Translations under genes and position numbers: made by a program
Assembly: GCA_029887795.1 (NCBI GenBank)
Contig: JARXPE010000001.1
Location: 129,386-193,385 of the forward strand
Direction: 5' to 3'
From: Thermoproteota archaeon
GTDB lineage: Archaea > Thermoproteota > Methanomethylicia > Methanomethylicales > Methanomethylicaceae
DNA: 64,000 bases
The notes under the pieces: generated by a model
What the model saw: only the letters and a program-made list of their open reading frames with translations
What the model was told of the DNA's origin: nothing
Databases searched by the model: none
Shown here: positions 1-11,078 of the stretch, piece after piece
How positions within the stretch are numbered: position 1 is the first letter of the stretch
How the letters are laid out: every line of letters starts with the position of its first letter

Positions 1-3
1 AAG

Positions 4-405
4 ATGTTCTATCTTGCGGCGGCGGTGCTTCTTTTTTTATTAATAATAGACACCTTAGGAGCTGGGCTTTTGAGACAACTGAATCTGAGTTTGCTAGCTA
101 GGAAGAAAGGGGTTTTTACAGGTTTTATATTTGGGTTACTTTTGATGTTGGTGGCTGCGCCCTGCGCGATTCCGTTGTTTGCCACGACAGCCATATTCGC
201 CCTCACATTGAGCGAGGGGGTGTCTAGGACTCTTGTCCTTTTGTCCTATGCTATCGGATTGGGATTGCCACTCATGTTATTCGGGATGATGCCAGAACTC
301 TCTGAGAGATTTAAAGATCTTAGTGGTAAGTGGTGGACTAAGGTTAGGCTATTGATCTTGGTTGGTACATTCATCTGGCTTGTATGGTCCTTTTTTGTTG
401 TTTAG
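4..405 (+). CDS. Polytopic membrane protein, CcdA/DsbD-like thiol-disulfide transfer (cytochrome c-type biogenesis) family; may begin upstream of the window.
   Basis: Hydrophobic protein with a conserved PC(A)IP-type motif (LVAAPCAIPLF) in a TM helix. ORF begins at the window edge. Confidence 0.45.
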   Translation: MFYLAAAVLLFLLIIDTLGAGLLRQLNLSLLARKKGVFTGFIFGLLLMLVAAPCAIPLFATTAIFALTLSEGVSRTLVLLSYAIGLGLPLMLFGMMPELSERFKDLSGKWWTKVRLLILVGTFIWLVWSFFVV

Positions 406-406
406 C

Positions 407-649
407 CTACGGGGACGCCACCAAAGTTGTCGTCTGTAAGACGCCTGGGATGCGCCTGATCTGGGTCACAATTTCATCGAGGGAGACGAAGTCCGCCACC
501 TCAACCCTTATGAATACATCAAACTCCCCGTAGACAGCTCTGCATTCAGAAATGCCACCCATTTTTTTAATTTCTTTTATTACCTCATACTCCTTACCTG
601 TGTCAGTAATGAGTAACATGTATGCGACTACTCCATTCATGCTCGGCAC
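407..649 (-). CDS. Stand-alone Lrp/AsnC C-terminal (RAM) ligand-binding domain protein, with no HTH.
   Basis: 80 aa with the typical RAM-domain pattern (YMLLITDTGKEYEVIKEIKKMGGISECRAVYGEFDVFIRVEVAD). Confidence 0.6.
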   Translation of the reverse strand: MPSMNGVVAYMLLITDTGKEYEVIKEIKKMGGISECRAVYGEFDVFIRVEVADFVSLDEIVTQIRRIPGVLQTTTLVASP

Positions 650-717
650 CTGATCATAGAATGTTGGAAAGGGTTAAAAACTTAATGATCAACTTTTGAT
701 ATGGTAAGGGGTTAGAT

Positions 718-1287
718 TTGAGAGTTATTTTGGCCATCACCGGCGCCAGTGGTGCCATATATGGGTTCCGGCTCTTGGAGAAGTTACATGAGGCTAAGAT
801 CGATGTAAAAACAATAGTGACTAGGACAGGGCTGCAAATACTCGAAGAGGAGACAGGATTCGGTGAGAAGGACCTGTCCAAATTCGGGAGGGTTTACAGG
901 GACTACGATCTTATGGCTCCTATGGCCAGCGGCAGTTACATTTTTGACGCCATGGTGATAGCCCCTTGCAGCATGAAGACTTTGGGTTGCGTCGCTAACG
1001 GTATCTCTTCTTCGTTAGTAACGAGAGCCGCTGACGTGGCACTTAAAGAGGGCAGGAAGCTAATACTGGTGATTAGGGAGACGCCGCTAAACTTAGTCCA
1101 CATCAAAAATATGCTGAAGGCAGCGGAGGCGGGCGCGGTGGTCATGCCTGCATGTCCCGGCTTTTATCACAGGCCTAAGACTCTGGAAGGGCTTGTGGAT
1201 CATTTGGTCGGAAAGGTTTTGGACCAGCTTGGTATCAAGCACAGTCTTTACAGGCGCTGGGAGGAGAGTTCCAAATCTAAGAGCTGA
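718..1287 (+). CDS. ubiX: Flavin prenyltransferase UbiX (prenyl-FMN synthase).
   Basis: N-terminal MRVILAITGASGAIYGFRLLEKL is the flavoprotein/UbiX signature. Length 189 aa. Confidence 0.8.
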   Translation: MRVILAITGASGAIYGFRLLEKLHEAKIDVKTIVTRTGLQILEEETGFGEKDLSKFGRVYRDYDLMAPMASGSYIFDAMVIAPCSMKTLGCVANGISSSLVTRAADVALKEGRKLILVIRETPLNLVHIKNMLKAAEAGAVVMPACPGFYHRPKTLEGLVDHLVGKVLDQLGIKHSLYRRWEESSKSKS

Positions 1288-1331
1288 AAAATTTGAGTGT
1301 TTTCAACCTTGACCAGACAATCATTGTATGA

Positions 1332-1679
1332 TTAATTTTTCCCAAGTTCCTCCTTGAGTTTTCGAACACACTCTTCAGCATTCATCAATAGTTTGCGTAT
1401 GTCCTCCTTGGAGGCATTGTCCACATGGATGCCAGCAATCACAACAGTATTTTGCCCAGTTTTATTAAAGATTGTTTTGGCGGCATCATGAGAAACCAAA
1501 TAGTCTTTATGGCTCGGCAGTGATAGTGTAAAAGGCTCTCCGGGTTGAGTGCAAATGGAGATCGCGCCGATGTGGGGCTCTTCGCCCCCACCGATGTAAA
1601 TCACAAGCTCGCGACCAGCTCTTATGAGGTCTAAGTAGACTCTATGTTTACCCTCCCCAAATTCGATAAGGTGCGGCAT
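1332..1679 (-). CDS. Hypothetical protein (115 aa) convergent with ubiX. Possible UbiX/UbiD-associated small protein.
   Basis: ORF only. No motif I can name with confidence. Confidence 0.35.
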   Translation of the reverse strand: MPHLIEFGEGKHRVYLDLIRAGRELVIYIGGGEEPHIGAISICTQPGEPFTLSLPSHKDYLVSHDAAKTIFNKTGQNTVVIAGIHVDNASKEDIRKLLMNAEECVRKLKEELGKN

Positions 1680-1689
1680 ATTAAGCGCC

Positions 1690-2859
1690 TCAGGTTATCC
1701 AGTCCTTACTATTTATCTTATCAGGAAGATAGACGTCAGAAAGGAACCTGAAGCCCTTTGAAGACTTTGCTTCTATCTCTGCCTTGACCTTCTTCTCCAA
1801 AAACATGTTTATTTCCTGTCTCCATTTTTTGGACTCGTAAAACCAAGGATAACGAGGTGACTTAGTCACAGGATCCTTGACAAGAAGCTCCTTGGCTCTC
1901 TTTATGTCGATCTCGTTTGCCTTTATGAGGTGATCCCGTGGGATCTCGTACTTTTCTATATCGGTCATAGTCATACCCAAGAACTTGGCCTCGGGACATG
2001 CCAGTCTGAACGATTCATATGAAAGAGATATGCTGCCAGCGCGATAAGTTGAGTAAATGTACCATCCGAACGGATCGGCATCTGTGAGGACGTACACCGG
2101 AAGATCCCACTCTTCATTTAGGCGCTTCACCATTCGCCTGGTGGCTCTATCAGCCTGACCCTTGCCCGTTATAAGGATACATTTGTTTTTACGCCAGAAT
2201 TCGTAGTCGTTGAGTCTTTGGAATATTGCGTCCTTCTCCACCACAAGAACATAGTCTGCATCAACATCCAAAATTCTGATTTGGTCGCACAGGGATGGAA
2301 TGTTGAATGCACCTATTCCAAATTTAGTGCAGTCAATCCTGTTCCCTTTGGACTCCAAGATTATGTTTCCAACCATTGCGCCTCTAGACTCTGCGACTAT
2401 GCCCATCTGCTCCCTCAGGAGACCAGTCATAACCTCGATGTCCTGAAAGATCGAGTTAGATTCGTCTTGGTCATTAAAAGTCTCGATCTCAGTGCCCTCG
2501 ATGGTGTGCAAGGTGTAGTAGTATAGGTCCCTGATGGTCGGGTGATCGTTGTTCTTAAGGGCTTCGTAGATAGCCCTGGCGAGCAAACATGTCTGCATGA
2601 AGGACCTGACTCCGCTTATATCGTTAAATTTGCGCTCTCCTACACGCCCTCCCAGCGTTATTATGCCCCGCTTCTTATCGAATATAGTATTAGAGGCGGT
2701 CCTCAAAGGTATTCGGAGTACGGGAGGTTTGGAAGCGTTCAGATCCTCTACCAGTTTGACAAAGATCTGTCTCAGTTTCCTTTCAGCGTCGTCAAAAGAT
2801 TCGAGAGGTCTTTCCTTAAGATTGCGAGTCTTTATCATAAAATCACCTGATGAAGGCAT
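1690..2859 (-). CDS. top6A: Type II DNA topoisomerase VI subunit A (Spo11-like).
   Basis: Winged-helix plus Toprim domain (YVLVVEKDAIF, DADPFGWYIYSTY). Overlaps top6B by 17 nt in an operon. Confidence 0.9.
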   Translation of the reverse strand: MPSSGDFMIKTRNLKERPLESFDDAERKLRQIFVKLVEDLNASKPPVLRIPLRTASNTIFDKKRGIITLGGRVGERKFNDISGVRSFMQTCLLARAIYEALKNNDHPTIRDLYYYTLHTIEGTEIETFNDQDESNSIFQDIEVMTGLLREQMGIVAESRGAMVGNIILESKGNRIDCTKFGIGAFNIPSLCDQIRILDVDADYVLVVEKDAIFQRLNDYEFWRKNKCILITGKGQADRATRRMVKRLNEEWDLPVYVLTDADPFGWYIYSTYRAGSISLSYESFRLACPEAKFLGMTMTDIEKYEIPRDHLIKANEIDIKRAKELLVKDPVTKSPRYPWFYESKKWRQEINMFLEKKVKAEIEAKSSKGFRFLSDVYLPDKINSKDWIT

Positions 2860-4762
2860 CTAGAGTGTGTTGGGGCTTTTCCTTCGCCTTCTTTTCCTGA
2901 GGGGGCAACTTAGCAACGACGCTATGGGCGGGGATCTCTTTCAACTTGGGCACCTCCTGCCTCGGGGGCTCCCTCTTTTCTGGAGGCTTCAATTTTGTCT
3001 TCACCGTTTCCATAAGTTTGTGGAAGATTTCTTCTTGGCTGGTGCCTGTCAGGAGCGACAAATCTCTCGCGATCTCACGTGCGTAGATTTGGAAGATGCT
3101 CTGTCGGTGGCGTTCGTGCTCCTGCCTCTGCCTATGAGTCACGTAGGAATGTATCATCCTGCCCAGCGCTTGGAGCGCGAGCCTCAACTGCTCGTGGATC
3201 TCGTCATGGTAGGCGACTGCAAATTTTCCGGGGACTGTGTATGGTACTTTAGTTGAGATCAGTGAAATCACCAAAACCATCGGGGCGAGGGGGAGTGTTC
3301 CCTCCTCCTGCGGGAGCTTGTAGTTTCTCCAGTTTATCTCCTTCACAGTCTTGTACAAGAGGCAATCCTTGGAGTCGTAGATCAAAGGGCACTTGTTTCC
3401 AAGTCGTATAACCTTCGCCTTAAAGACGCCAGGCCTTACAGTCTCGCAGTCACTTGCAACGGAGGCGCCGCCGTAGGCGACTGCGACCTCCACTTGAAAT
3501 GGAATTCCCCTGTACGACCACGGCTCCCTTGAAGTCGCCTCGATAAACTCAGCGTCGGGGTAAAGCCTCCTGAGGGATTGCCTGAGAGCCTCCTCCCCTA
3601 TGGGGCTAAGAACGTCTAGGGGAGGTCGCATGATGTCGACCTCCTTGGCCGCCTTGAATAGAGCCTCCACGTTGATCTCCTTGGGTGGAACGTTTGGAGA
3701 GATCTTTGCTGCGGAAAGTAGCTGAAGGGCTTTTAGGTCCGAGATCCTGACGAAGTGTCTAACCAAAAACTGCTTCGCATCCCTACAGCACCTGTCGTTA
3801 GAGATCATCTCAAGGAGCGCCCCCGGCTCTATGGAGAGTATGTGGGGCTTTATTTCCTTGGGTTGGGGCGGCAGGGTTTTTGTTGCCCTCGGGTAGTTAA
3901 TGACCTTCTCCTCACCGTTTACAGTGGGCTTGAGTATGAACTTCAGCTCCGCGTGGGGGTTGGCAAGAGAGAGCTCCTTGATGAAGGACTCCACTTTTTT
4001 TGTAAATTCCCCCGCGACCATCAACTCAACTTTGGTCCCATGAATTCTGTCGAAGGGGACCTCTTCTGCAGAAATAACGATGGGCTTATTTTGCTCGGTG
4101 TCTATCTTGAGCACCACTCGGTAAGCCTTCTCGTCGGTCTCGGTTTTAGTGGTTATAATGGCGGGCTCCAGCGAGGTCAGCTGGGCATATATTATCGCAG
4201 CATGAACGCCGAGCCCCTGCTGACCCCTTGATTGCTTGAAGGAAAAGAACTTAGACCCATAAAGGACCTTGCCAAAGGCCTTTGCCACTTTGCTCCGCAC
4301 CACACCACAGCCGTTGTCCTCAACACAGATTTTGAAGATTGGGAACTTTCTTATTCCGCCGTCCTTTATCCTATTTGTGATGACCTCATATTCCTTCTCT
4401 GTGGCGGCAAGGGTTACCGTGATTTCAGGAAGGACACCCATAGCCTCGGCCGCGTCGAGTGAGTTGTCGACTAGTTCTTTGATAGTTTGGACCAGGGCAT
4501 GTTCTGGGTCGCCGAAGCCAAGCTGACCCAAATTCTGCCTGTAATATTGGGCGGGATTTACGGCTCTCATCTTCCTTGCTTCTGCTTCAGCGACTGTGGG
4601 AGGTTCTAATGTTGACTTATCTTTGCGCCATTCTTTCCTGGGGCGCCTAGTTTTTCTCAAAAGGGTCCTTCGGACTGTTTTCTCGGCACCTTCCTTGTTT
4701 GCCCCTATCTTGTCTGCACCGTCCTCTCCTTTCATCATCAGATAGACCCCACATGACACCAA
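2843..4762 (-). CDS. top6B: Type II DNA topoisomerase VI subunit B (GHKL ATPase), with a K/R-rich N-terminal extension and a K/P/E-rich C-terminal tail.
   Basis: Bergerat N-box LVDNSLDA. Typical Top6B body begins near MRAVNPAQYY (alternative start 4570). A TATA-like box at 4788-4806 on the minus strand supports the longer leaderless start at 4762. Confidence 0.85.
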   Translation of the reverse strand: MVSCGVYLMMKGEDGADKIGANKEGAEKTVRRTLLRKTRRPRKEWRKDKSTLEPPTVAEAEARKMRAVNPAQYYRQNLGQLGFGDPEHALVQTIKELVDNSLDAAEAMGVLPEITVTLAATEKEYEVITNRIKDGGIRKFPIFKICVEDNGCGVVRSKVAKAFGKVLYGSKFFSFKQSRGQQGLGVHAAIIYAQLTSLEPAIITTKTETDEKAYRVVLKIDTEQNKPIVISAEEVPFDRIHGTKVELMVAGEFTKKVESFIKELSLANPHAELKFILKPTVNGEEKVINYPRATKTLPPQPKEIKPHILSIEPGALLEMISNDRCCRDAKQFLVRHFVRISDLKALQLLSAAKISPNVPPKEINVEALFKAAKEVDIMRPPLDVLSPIGEEALRQSLRRLYPDAEFIEATSREPWSYRGIPFQVEVAVAYGGASVASDCETVRPGVFKAKVIRLGNKCPLIYDSKDCLLYKTVKEINWRNYKLPQEEGTLPLAPMVLVISLISTKVPYTVPGKFAVAYHDEIHEQLRLALQALGRMIHSYVTHRQRQEHERHRQSIFQIYAREIARDLSLLTGTSQEEIFHKLMETVKTKLKPPEKREPPRQEVPKLKEIPAHSVVAKLPPQEKKAKEKPQHTLDAFIR

Positions 4763-4787
4763 AGCAAATTAAGTGCGCCCGTCATCC

Positions 4788-4806
4788 TGTATGTATAAAA
4801 AGTATT
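4788..4806 (-). promoter_or_regulatory. TATA-like box (TTTTTATACATA on the coding strand) about 28-40 nt upstream of the top6B start.
   Basis: AT-rich box at archaeal promoter spacing. Implies a leaderless transcript. Confidence 0.3.
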
Positions 4807-4907
4807 TATCCCTTCTCGGCAACATGAGGGCACACCCCATATAAAGAATAATTACATTCCAAGAAGAGTTTTGTTAGCTTGGAAAAGGAAAAAATCAAGG
4901 TTTGAGG

Positions 4908-6467
4908 TCAAAAGCCAGGAACTTCCTCTAGGAGCATGCCCTCGATCATGAATGGGGGGTTTCTGGAGGCTACGCCTAGGGCCTCTTTGAGTTTTGACTC
5001 TCTCTCCGCATAGATTTCCACGACCGGGTCGCCTTTCTTAACCGCGTAACCCATTTTCGCGTAGAGTTTAACGCCTGATCCCTTGTCGAGAGGTGCCCCC
5101 GCTGCCTTAGCAATCGCATTGATTGCGGAGTTATTTATGATGCTCACGTAGCCATCTGTGGGAGCCGCGAGTATGTACCTCTTCTCGCCTAATGGAATCT
5201 CGTCTGGCTTGATGTTGGGGTTACCTCCTTGGTTCTCGATGATTTCGCGGAACTTCTGGTAGGCTTTACCACTCCTTAGGATCTCCTTGGCCATGTCTTG
5301 ACCCCCTCCCCTAGGAGCCAAACCAGTCATCTCAAAGAGTGTGCCAGCAAGTGCAGTTGATTTCTCGATCAAGCTATTCGGACCCCTTCCCATGAGGGTC
5401 TCGAGCGCCTCTTTTGCCTCCAGTGCAGGACCCACGGTGTGACCGACCGGCTGACCTCCGTATGTCAAGCCACACCTAACCCTGATGCCAAGGCGGCTCC
5501 CCAACTCAATGAACTCGTTGGCAAGCTTACGTGCCTCCTCAAAACTTTCCACTTTCGCACCTCTTCCGGTTGGGATGTCCAAGACCAATGTCGAGACGCC
5601 CACGGCCAGCTTCTTCGCCATTATAGATGCCAACATCTGAGGGCGAGGGTCTATGGAGAGCGGATGTTCCACTCTTATGAAGAGGTCATCGGCTGGTGCA
5701 AGGTTCAGGCTGCCACCCCATGCTATATACCCTCCAGTTTTCTGGAGAAGTCTCCTGAGCTCGCTAACTGAAAACTCCACAGGAGCGAGTACTTCCATGG
5801 TGTCAGCAGTACCTGACGGACTGGTTATCGCCCTGCTGCTCGTCTTGGGTATCTTAAGTCCTGCGGCTGCCACTATGGGAACTATGAGGAGCGTCACTTT
5901 GTTTCCCGGGACGCCACCTATAGAATGTTTGTCGACCACAGGTTCTCCAAAATCTATTGTATTTCCAGTCTCAACCATAGCACGGGTTAGGCTCTCTATC
6001 TCATCCATGTTCATGCCGACGTACTCCTCAGCCATGAGAAAAGCGGCGACCTCGAGCTGGCTCAGAGAGTGTGTCACAGTGTCCTTCACTATCTGGGTTA
6101 TCTCTCCCTTGGTGAGTGTTTGACCTCTCATCTTTTTACGGATGTACTCAACCGATGGCGGGGTAGGAGCAGGGGATATCTCCACCTCTTCCCCTTCTGA
6201 GACAGGAAAATCCTGCAGCAGGTCTCTATAGATTCCGACCTCTCCTGGGCAGACTAGCCCGCTGGATACTTCAATGCGGCAAACTATCCTGTCGGATATA
6301 TCAATCCTTGCAAGGACATTCGCACCGCCCTTGCTAAGGCGGACTCGATCATGAATTCGGAGCATCATGCCCTTTGCATCCTGTTCGTTCAATACCACGC
6401 CCTTTTCTCCGGTGGTGATGTCTATGATTTTTGCCTTGAGAGTCGGCATTGCTAGATCACTACTCAT
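4908..6467 (-). CDS. deoA: AMP phosphorylase (thymidine-phosphorylase family with N-terminal extension).
   Basis: 519 aa. Thymidine phosphorylase-like core plus an N-terminal domain, immediately upstream of type III RuBisCO. Confidence 0.8.
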   Translation of the reverse strand: MSSDLAMPTLKAKIIDITTGEKGVVLNEQDAKGMMLRIHDRVRLSKGGANVLARIDISDRIVCRIEVSSGLVCPGEVGIYRDLLQDFPVSEGEEVEISPAPTPPSVEYIRKKMRGQTLTKGEITQIVKDTVTHSLSQLEVAAFLMAEEYVGMNMDEIESLTRAMVETGNTIDFGEPVVDKHSIGGVPGNKVTLLIVPIVAAAGLKIPKTSSRAITSPSGTADTMEVLAPVEFSVSELRRLLQKTGGYIAWGGSLNLAPADDLFIRVEHPLSIDPRPQMLASIMAKKLAVGVSTLVLDIPTGRGAKVESFEEARKLANEFIELGSRLGIRVRCGLTYGGQPVGHTVGPALEAKEALETLMGRGPNSLIEKSTALAGTLFEMTGLAPRGGGQDMAKEILRSGKAYQKFREIIENQGGNPNIKPDEIPLGEKRYILAAPTDGYVSIINNSAINAIAKAAGAPLDKGSGVKLYAKMGYAVKKGDPVVEIYAERESKLKEALGVASRNPPFMIEGMLLEEVPGF

Positions 6468-6503
6468 TAAGTTCTAATACGCCATTAAAAACCCTGCGGA
6501 CGT

Positions 6504-7823
6504 TCAGTCTTCACCCAAAGCCTTTCCACCCCAGTGCTTGAGCGCAACCTCCAGCTCCTTGTGGTTTTTTGAGTATTCCTCCAATGGAACGCCAGCGACG
6601 CAGGCGTCTATGGCTTGGCGCATGGCTGCTGCTCCTGCCCTAGTGCCGAGTGGATGACCATGGATGCCGCCACCCGCGTTTATGACGCAGTCTTTGCCCA
6701 AGGCTTCGAAATTCGCTGGTACAAGACCGGGGTGTACTCCCCCGGAGGCCACAGGAAAGACGCTCTTCAGTCCGAACCAATCGTCCCGAAGCGAATCGAT
6801 GATCTTTTTGAGCTCGTGCTTCCGCTCTTCTGTCGTACCCATCTTTCCCGCCCCTGTGCCCGTGTGGAGCTGGTCGCCACCCAGCATTCTAGCGATCTTA
6901 GCTATGACAAGCATGGAGATCCCGTGCCTTGGGTTTCTAGTGAAGGTAGCATGCATGGCTCTGTGCATGTGTATGGGGACTCCAAACGTGTAGCTGGAGA
7001 GGAACCACTCTACCGTTGGCAGACCTAGTATTATTATATCCAGCATCAGGGTATTTGCCCCGTTGTCGATGGCGGTCTCTGCCAGCTTTACCATTTTGTC
7101 AGGTGCTCCGGTGACGTTCACTGCAAATAATACTTTCCTGCCGGTCTCAGATTTTGCCTTGTCCAAGGCGTCCATGACCTTCGAGACGCGCTCCTCTAAC
7201 GGGCAGAAAGCCTGATTCACGAGCGTCTCGTCATCTTTTATGAAGTCGACACCCCCTAGGGCAGCCTCGTATGCAACCTTTGCAGTCTGCTCAGGGTTGA
7301 GCCCGACCTTTGGCTTAACGATAGTTCCGAGGTGAGGTCGAGGTGCCGAATCTGTGCCTACAAGACGCCTGACACCCTCTATACCAAACTCTGGACCGCG
7401 GTAGTGCCGGACCACCGACTTTGGAAATTCTATATCCACCAGTCGGACGTTCTTAAGGGCTGAAAGACCAAATAAGTTCCCTGCGACCATGCTCAGTATG
7501 TTTGCAATGCCGCTTGTCTCCAGATCGAACAAATCAAGAGGGAATGCGATATATACAAAGCCAGACTCGCCTTCGCCCTCCATTTTGTAAAGTTTTGCGG
7601 GAAGTTTAGTCCTGACCCATTCGTTAATAGTTGTGATCTCGGTCCAAGTCCCAATGGACTCCTCCGTGGCGATGGCAATGCCAGCGGATTTCAAGCCAAG
7701 CGGGCTCTCAACGTAGTATTTGGCTGAGATGTACTTATCTGGGTCAATCTCTTCGGGTCTGGCAGTAAATATCTCATCCATGTATAGTGGCGTGGTGGAT
7801 TCATCCTTCATACCCATACTCAT
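6504..7823 (-). CDS. rbcL: Ribulose-1,5-bisphosphate carboxylase/oxygenase large subunit, archaeal type III.
   Basis: GGVDFIKDDE and KPKVGLNP motifs. 439 aa. Confidence 0.9.
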   Translation of the reverse strand: MSMGMKDESTTPLYMDEIFTARPEEIDPDKYISAKYYVESPLGLKSAGIAIATEESIGTWTEITTINEWVRTKLPAKLYKMEGEGESGFVYIAFPLDLFDLETSGIANILSMVAGNLFGLSALKNVRLVDIEFPKSVVRHYRGPEFGIEGVRRLVGTDSAPRPHLGTIVKPKVGLNPEQTAKVAYEAALGGVDFIKDDETLVNQAFCPLEERVSKVMDALDKAKSETGRKVLFAVNVTGAPDKMVKLAETAIDNGANTLMLDIIILGLPTVEWFLSSYTFGVPIHMHRAMHATFTRNPRHGISMLVIAKIARMLGGDQLHTGTGAGKMGTTEERKHELKKIIDSLRDDWFGLKSVFPVASGGVHPGLVPANFEALGKDCVINAGGGIHGHPLGTRAGAAAMRQAIDACVAGVPLEEYSKNHKELEVALKHWGGKALGED

Positions 7824-7824
7824 T

Positions 7825-8808
<984 letters not shown>

Positions 8809-8888
8809 TCAGACCTCATCAGTAAAAATATCAGAACGACCCAAAAAGCCTTTTTGCACCAGTCAAAGTGCATCGGAAGCGGAAAAGG

Positions 8889-9773
8889 TTAGGGCAGGTT
8901 CTTTATGGCTCTTGAGATTAGGGGAGCCACCGAGACCTTGGAATGCTGCCCGGGCACAGTGTCGGTAGATATCAGGTTGCCGAGACCGGCTCCCTTGAGT
9001 TTTTGATAAGAGTCCTCGACCAGTAGGGCGTGGGTCACAAGTGCGTCAACTCTATTCGCTCCTTCGGCCAAGAGCATTCTTATCACTTTCACGAGCGTCA
9101 TTCCAGTGCTGATTATATCGTCCACAAGAACGACGTTTTTATCTTTCACTGAGGCATTGCCCCTCACTGAAACTTCCCTGTCACCAAGCCGCACCTTCTC
9201 CATGATGATGTATGGTGATGAGAGACGCTCGGCGACCACTTTTGCCCACTGCTCAGACTCTGCATCTGGTCCAACCACCACTGTGTTGTTATTTCCAAAG
9301 TTTTTCAGGTAATAATCCGCAAGGAGAGGCATCGCTGAGAGGTTTAAGGATGGTGTATGGAATAATTCAGACAGAGTTCTGAAGCGGTGAAGATGTGCGT
9401 CGATGGTGATAATACGATCTACCCTCGGAAATTCTACCAATGAGGCGAATACCTTGGCGCTGAGGGGCTCGCCTGGCTTGAAGCGGGAGTCTTGGCGCAA
9501 GTATGCAAAGTATGGTATCACAGCCGTGAGAGATCTACATCCACCGCTCTTTATGGCATCTACTAGAAGAAGGTACTCCACCAGCAAGGTGTCCGGGCTT
9601 AGGGCAAAAGAGTGAATTAGAACGACGTCTTCTCCTGAAAGGGCTCCGGATATCTGAACATACTGCTCGCCGTCGGGGAAGAAGCGCCTTGCAGTTTCTA
9701 CTATTGGAATATTACTCTCTTTGGCTACCGATCTAGCCAAGGCCTCTGATGAGGAGCCGTAGGTGATCAGCAC
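8889..9773 (-). CDS. prs: Ribose-phosphate pyrophosphokinase (PRPP synthetase).
   Basis: PRTase type I fold. VVLVDDIISTGMT PRPP-binding loop. Confidence 0.85.
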   Translation of the reverse strand: MLITYGSSSEALARSVAKESNIPIVETARRFFPDGEQYVQISGALSGEDVVLIHSFALSPDTLLVEYLLLVDAIKSGGCRSLTAVIPYFAYLRQDSRFKPGEPLSAKVFASLVEFPRVDRIITIDAHLHRFRTLSELFHTPSLNLSAMPLLADYYLKNFGNNNTVVVGPDAESEQWAKVVAERLSSPYIIMEKVRLGDREVSVRGNASVKDKNVVLVDDIISTGMTLVKVIRMLLAEGANRVDALVTHALLVEDSYQKLKGAGLGNLISTDTVPGQHSKVSVAPLISRAIKNLP

Positions 9774-9831
9774 CTATGTTTCCCCCGCCTTTCCTGAAAT
9801 GTGTCGTGATAAAGACAGAAGGGTATGGCGA

Positions 9832-11019
9832 CTACCAGTACCCTTCATACATGCGCTGGTACAGTTTGATAAGATCATCTCTCGAGGGCTTTCTTGGGTT
9901 CTTAAGTATGAACCGTGAATAGTTGTTGATTAGGTCGTCTACCATCGGCTCTAGATCCTTTTCGTCCAGACCGAGTTCCTCGAATCCTAGCGGGAGGTTC
10001 AGGGTGTCCATTATCTCCGTCAGGCGCATGGCTATGGCATTACCGGTCTCTGCTGGGGATGCTCCCTCTGTGTCTATTCCGAACGCTGCGGCCATCACGT
10101 CCAACTTATCGGGTATGGCTGGTGCGTTGAACTCCAAGACATAGGGCTCCGCCACAGCCACAGAGACTCCGTGGGGAAGGTTGCACTTAACGGCAAACGT
10201 GTAGGCGATGCCATGCGCGAGGCACAGCCCTGTATTCATGAATGCCATACCCGCGAGCAATGATGCCAGGGATAGACCGCTTCTGGCCTCGATGTCCTCG
10301 CCGTTTGAGTATGCCCGCTCCAAGTACTCATCGGAGAGGCTCATGGCCTCGAACGCCAAGGACTCGGTAATAGGAGTGGAGTCCAAGCTCATGAATGATT
10401 CCACGGCGTGGCAGAGAGCGTCTATCCCCGCTGAGGCGGTGGAGTGGGGCGGGGCAGTCACCGAGAGGAGCGGGTCCACGATCGCCAAGGAAGGGTATAG
10501 AAAAGGATGAGATAGAGCGAGCTTCTTTCCTTTATCAACAACTACAGATATGGGCGTCACCTCGGATCCCGTCCCAGAGATTGTGGGTATTGTGACCACG
10601 GGAGGACCTCTCTTGGCAAGAGGCTCGCCTTTGAAGTAAGAGGGGGGGTCCTTCTCGTTCGCCACCGAAATGGAGGCGACCTTAGCCATATCTAATGAAC
10701 TGCCCCCGCCAAGACCAACTATAAGGGAAGGGTTAGCCTCCTTCGCTTTTTTTGCAAGGTTTGAGAGGATGGAACTGTCTGGTTCGGGTGAGACCTCGTT
10801 GAATTCCACTGTGGGGCAGATCGAAGAGATCATTTTGCAGACCCTCGAATAGCCCTCGGTCTTGCAGACGTTCTTACCGCTTATAATGAGGGTTGACTTG
10901 GGGTCGAACTTTTTCAGTTCCTCCAAAAGTCTATCCATGGCGTTGATTCCAAAGACGATCCTAGTCGGTGATTGGAATGTATATACTCGGAAAAGGGGGT
11001 GGTAAAATTTGGAACTCAT
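9832..11019 (-). CDS. Iron-containing (group III) alcohol dehydrogenase.
   Basis: GGGSSLDMAK motif. 395 aa. Confidence 0.7.
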   Translation of the reverse strand: MSSKFYHPLFRVYTFQSPTRIVFGINAMDRLLEELKKFDPKSTLIISGKNVCKTEGYSRVCKMISSICPTVEFNEVSPEPDSSILSNLAKKAKEANPSLIVGLGGGSSLDMAKVASISVANEKDPPSYFKGEPLAKRGPPVVTIPTISGTGSEVTPISVVVDKGKKLALSHPFLYPSLAIVDPLLSVTAPPHSTASAGIDALCHAVESFMSLDSTPITESLAFEAMSLSDEYLERAYSNGEDIEARSGLSLASLLAGMAFMNTGLCLAHGIAYTFAVKCNLPHGVSVAVAEPYVLEFNAPAIPDKLDVMAAAFGIDTEGASPAETGNAIAMRLTEIMDTLNLPLGFEELGLDEKDLEPMVDDLINNYSRFILKNPRKPSRDDLIKLYQRMYEGYW

Positions 11020-11078
11020 ATGATTACAACACCACTCAAATAAATAACGCTTTTAAAACACTTAAGAGTTATGAGACC

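Noticed and set aside
2218-4526. Multiple antisense or alternative-frame ORFs inside top6A and top6B (2218-2526, 2542-2850, 2867-3256, 3755-4231, 4232-4462).
   Set aside because: They are fully embedded in strongly supported genes on the other strand. These are typical shadow ORFs.
10968-11078. N-terminal 37-aa extension of PurP from the first in-frame start.
   Set aside because: It would overlap the divergent adh start codon by 50 nt. PurP homology begins near residue 40, so TTG 11079 or GTG 11082 is the more plausible start.
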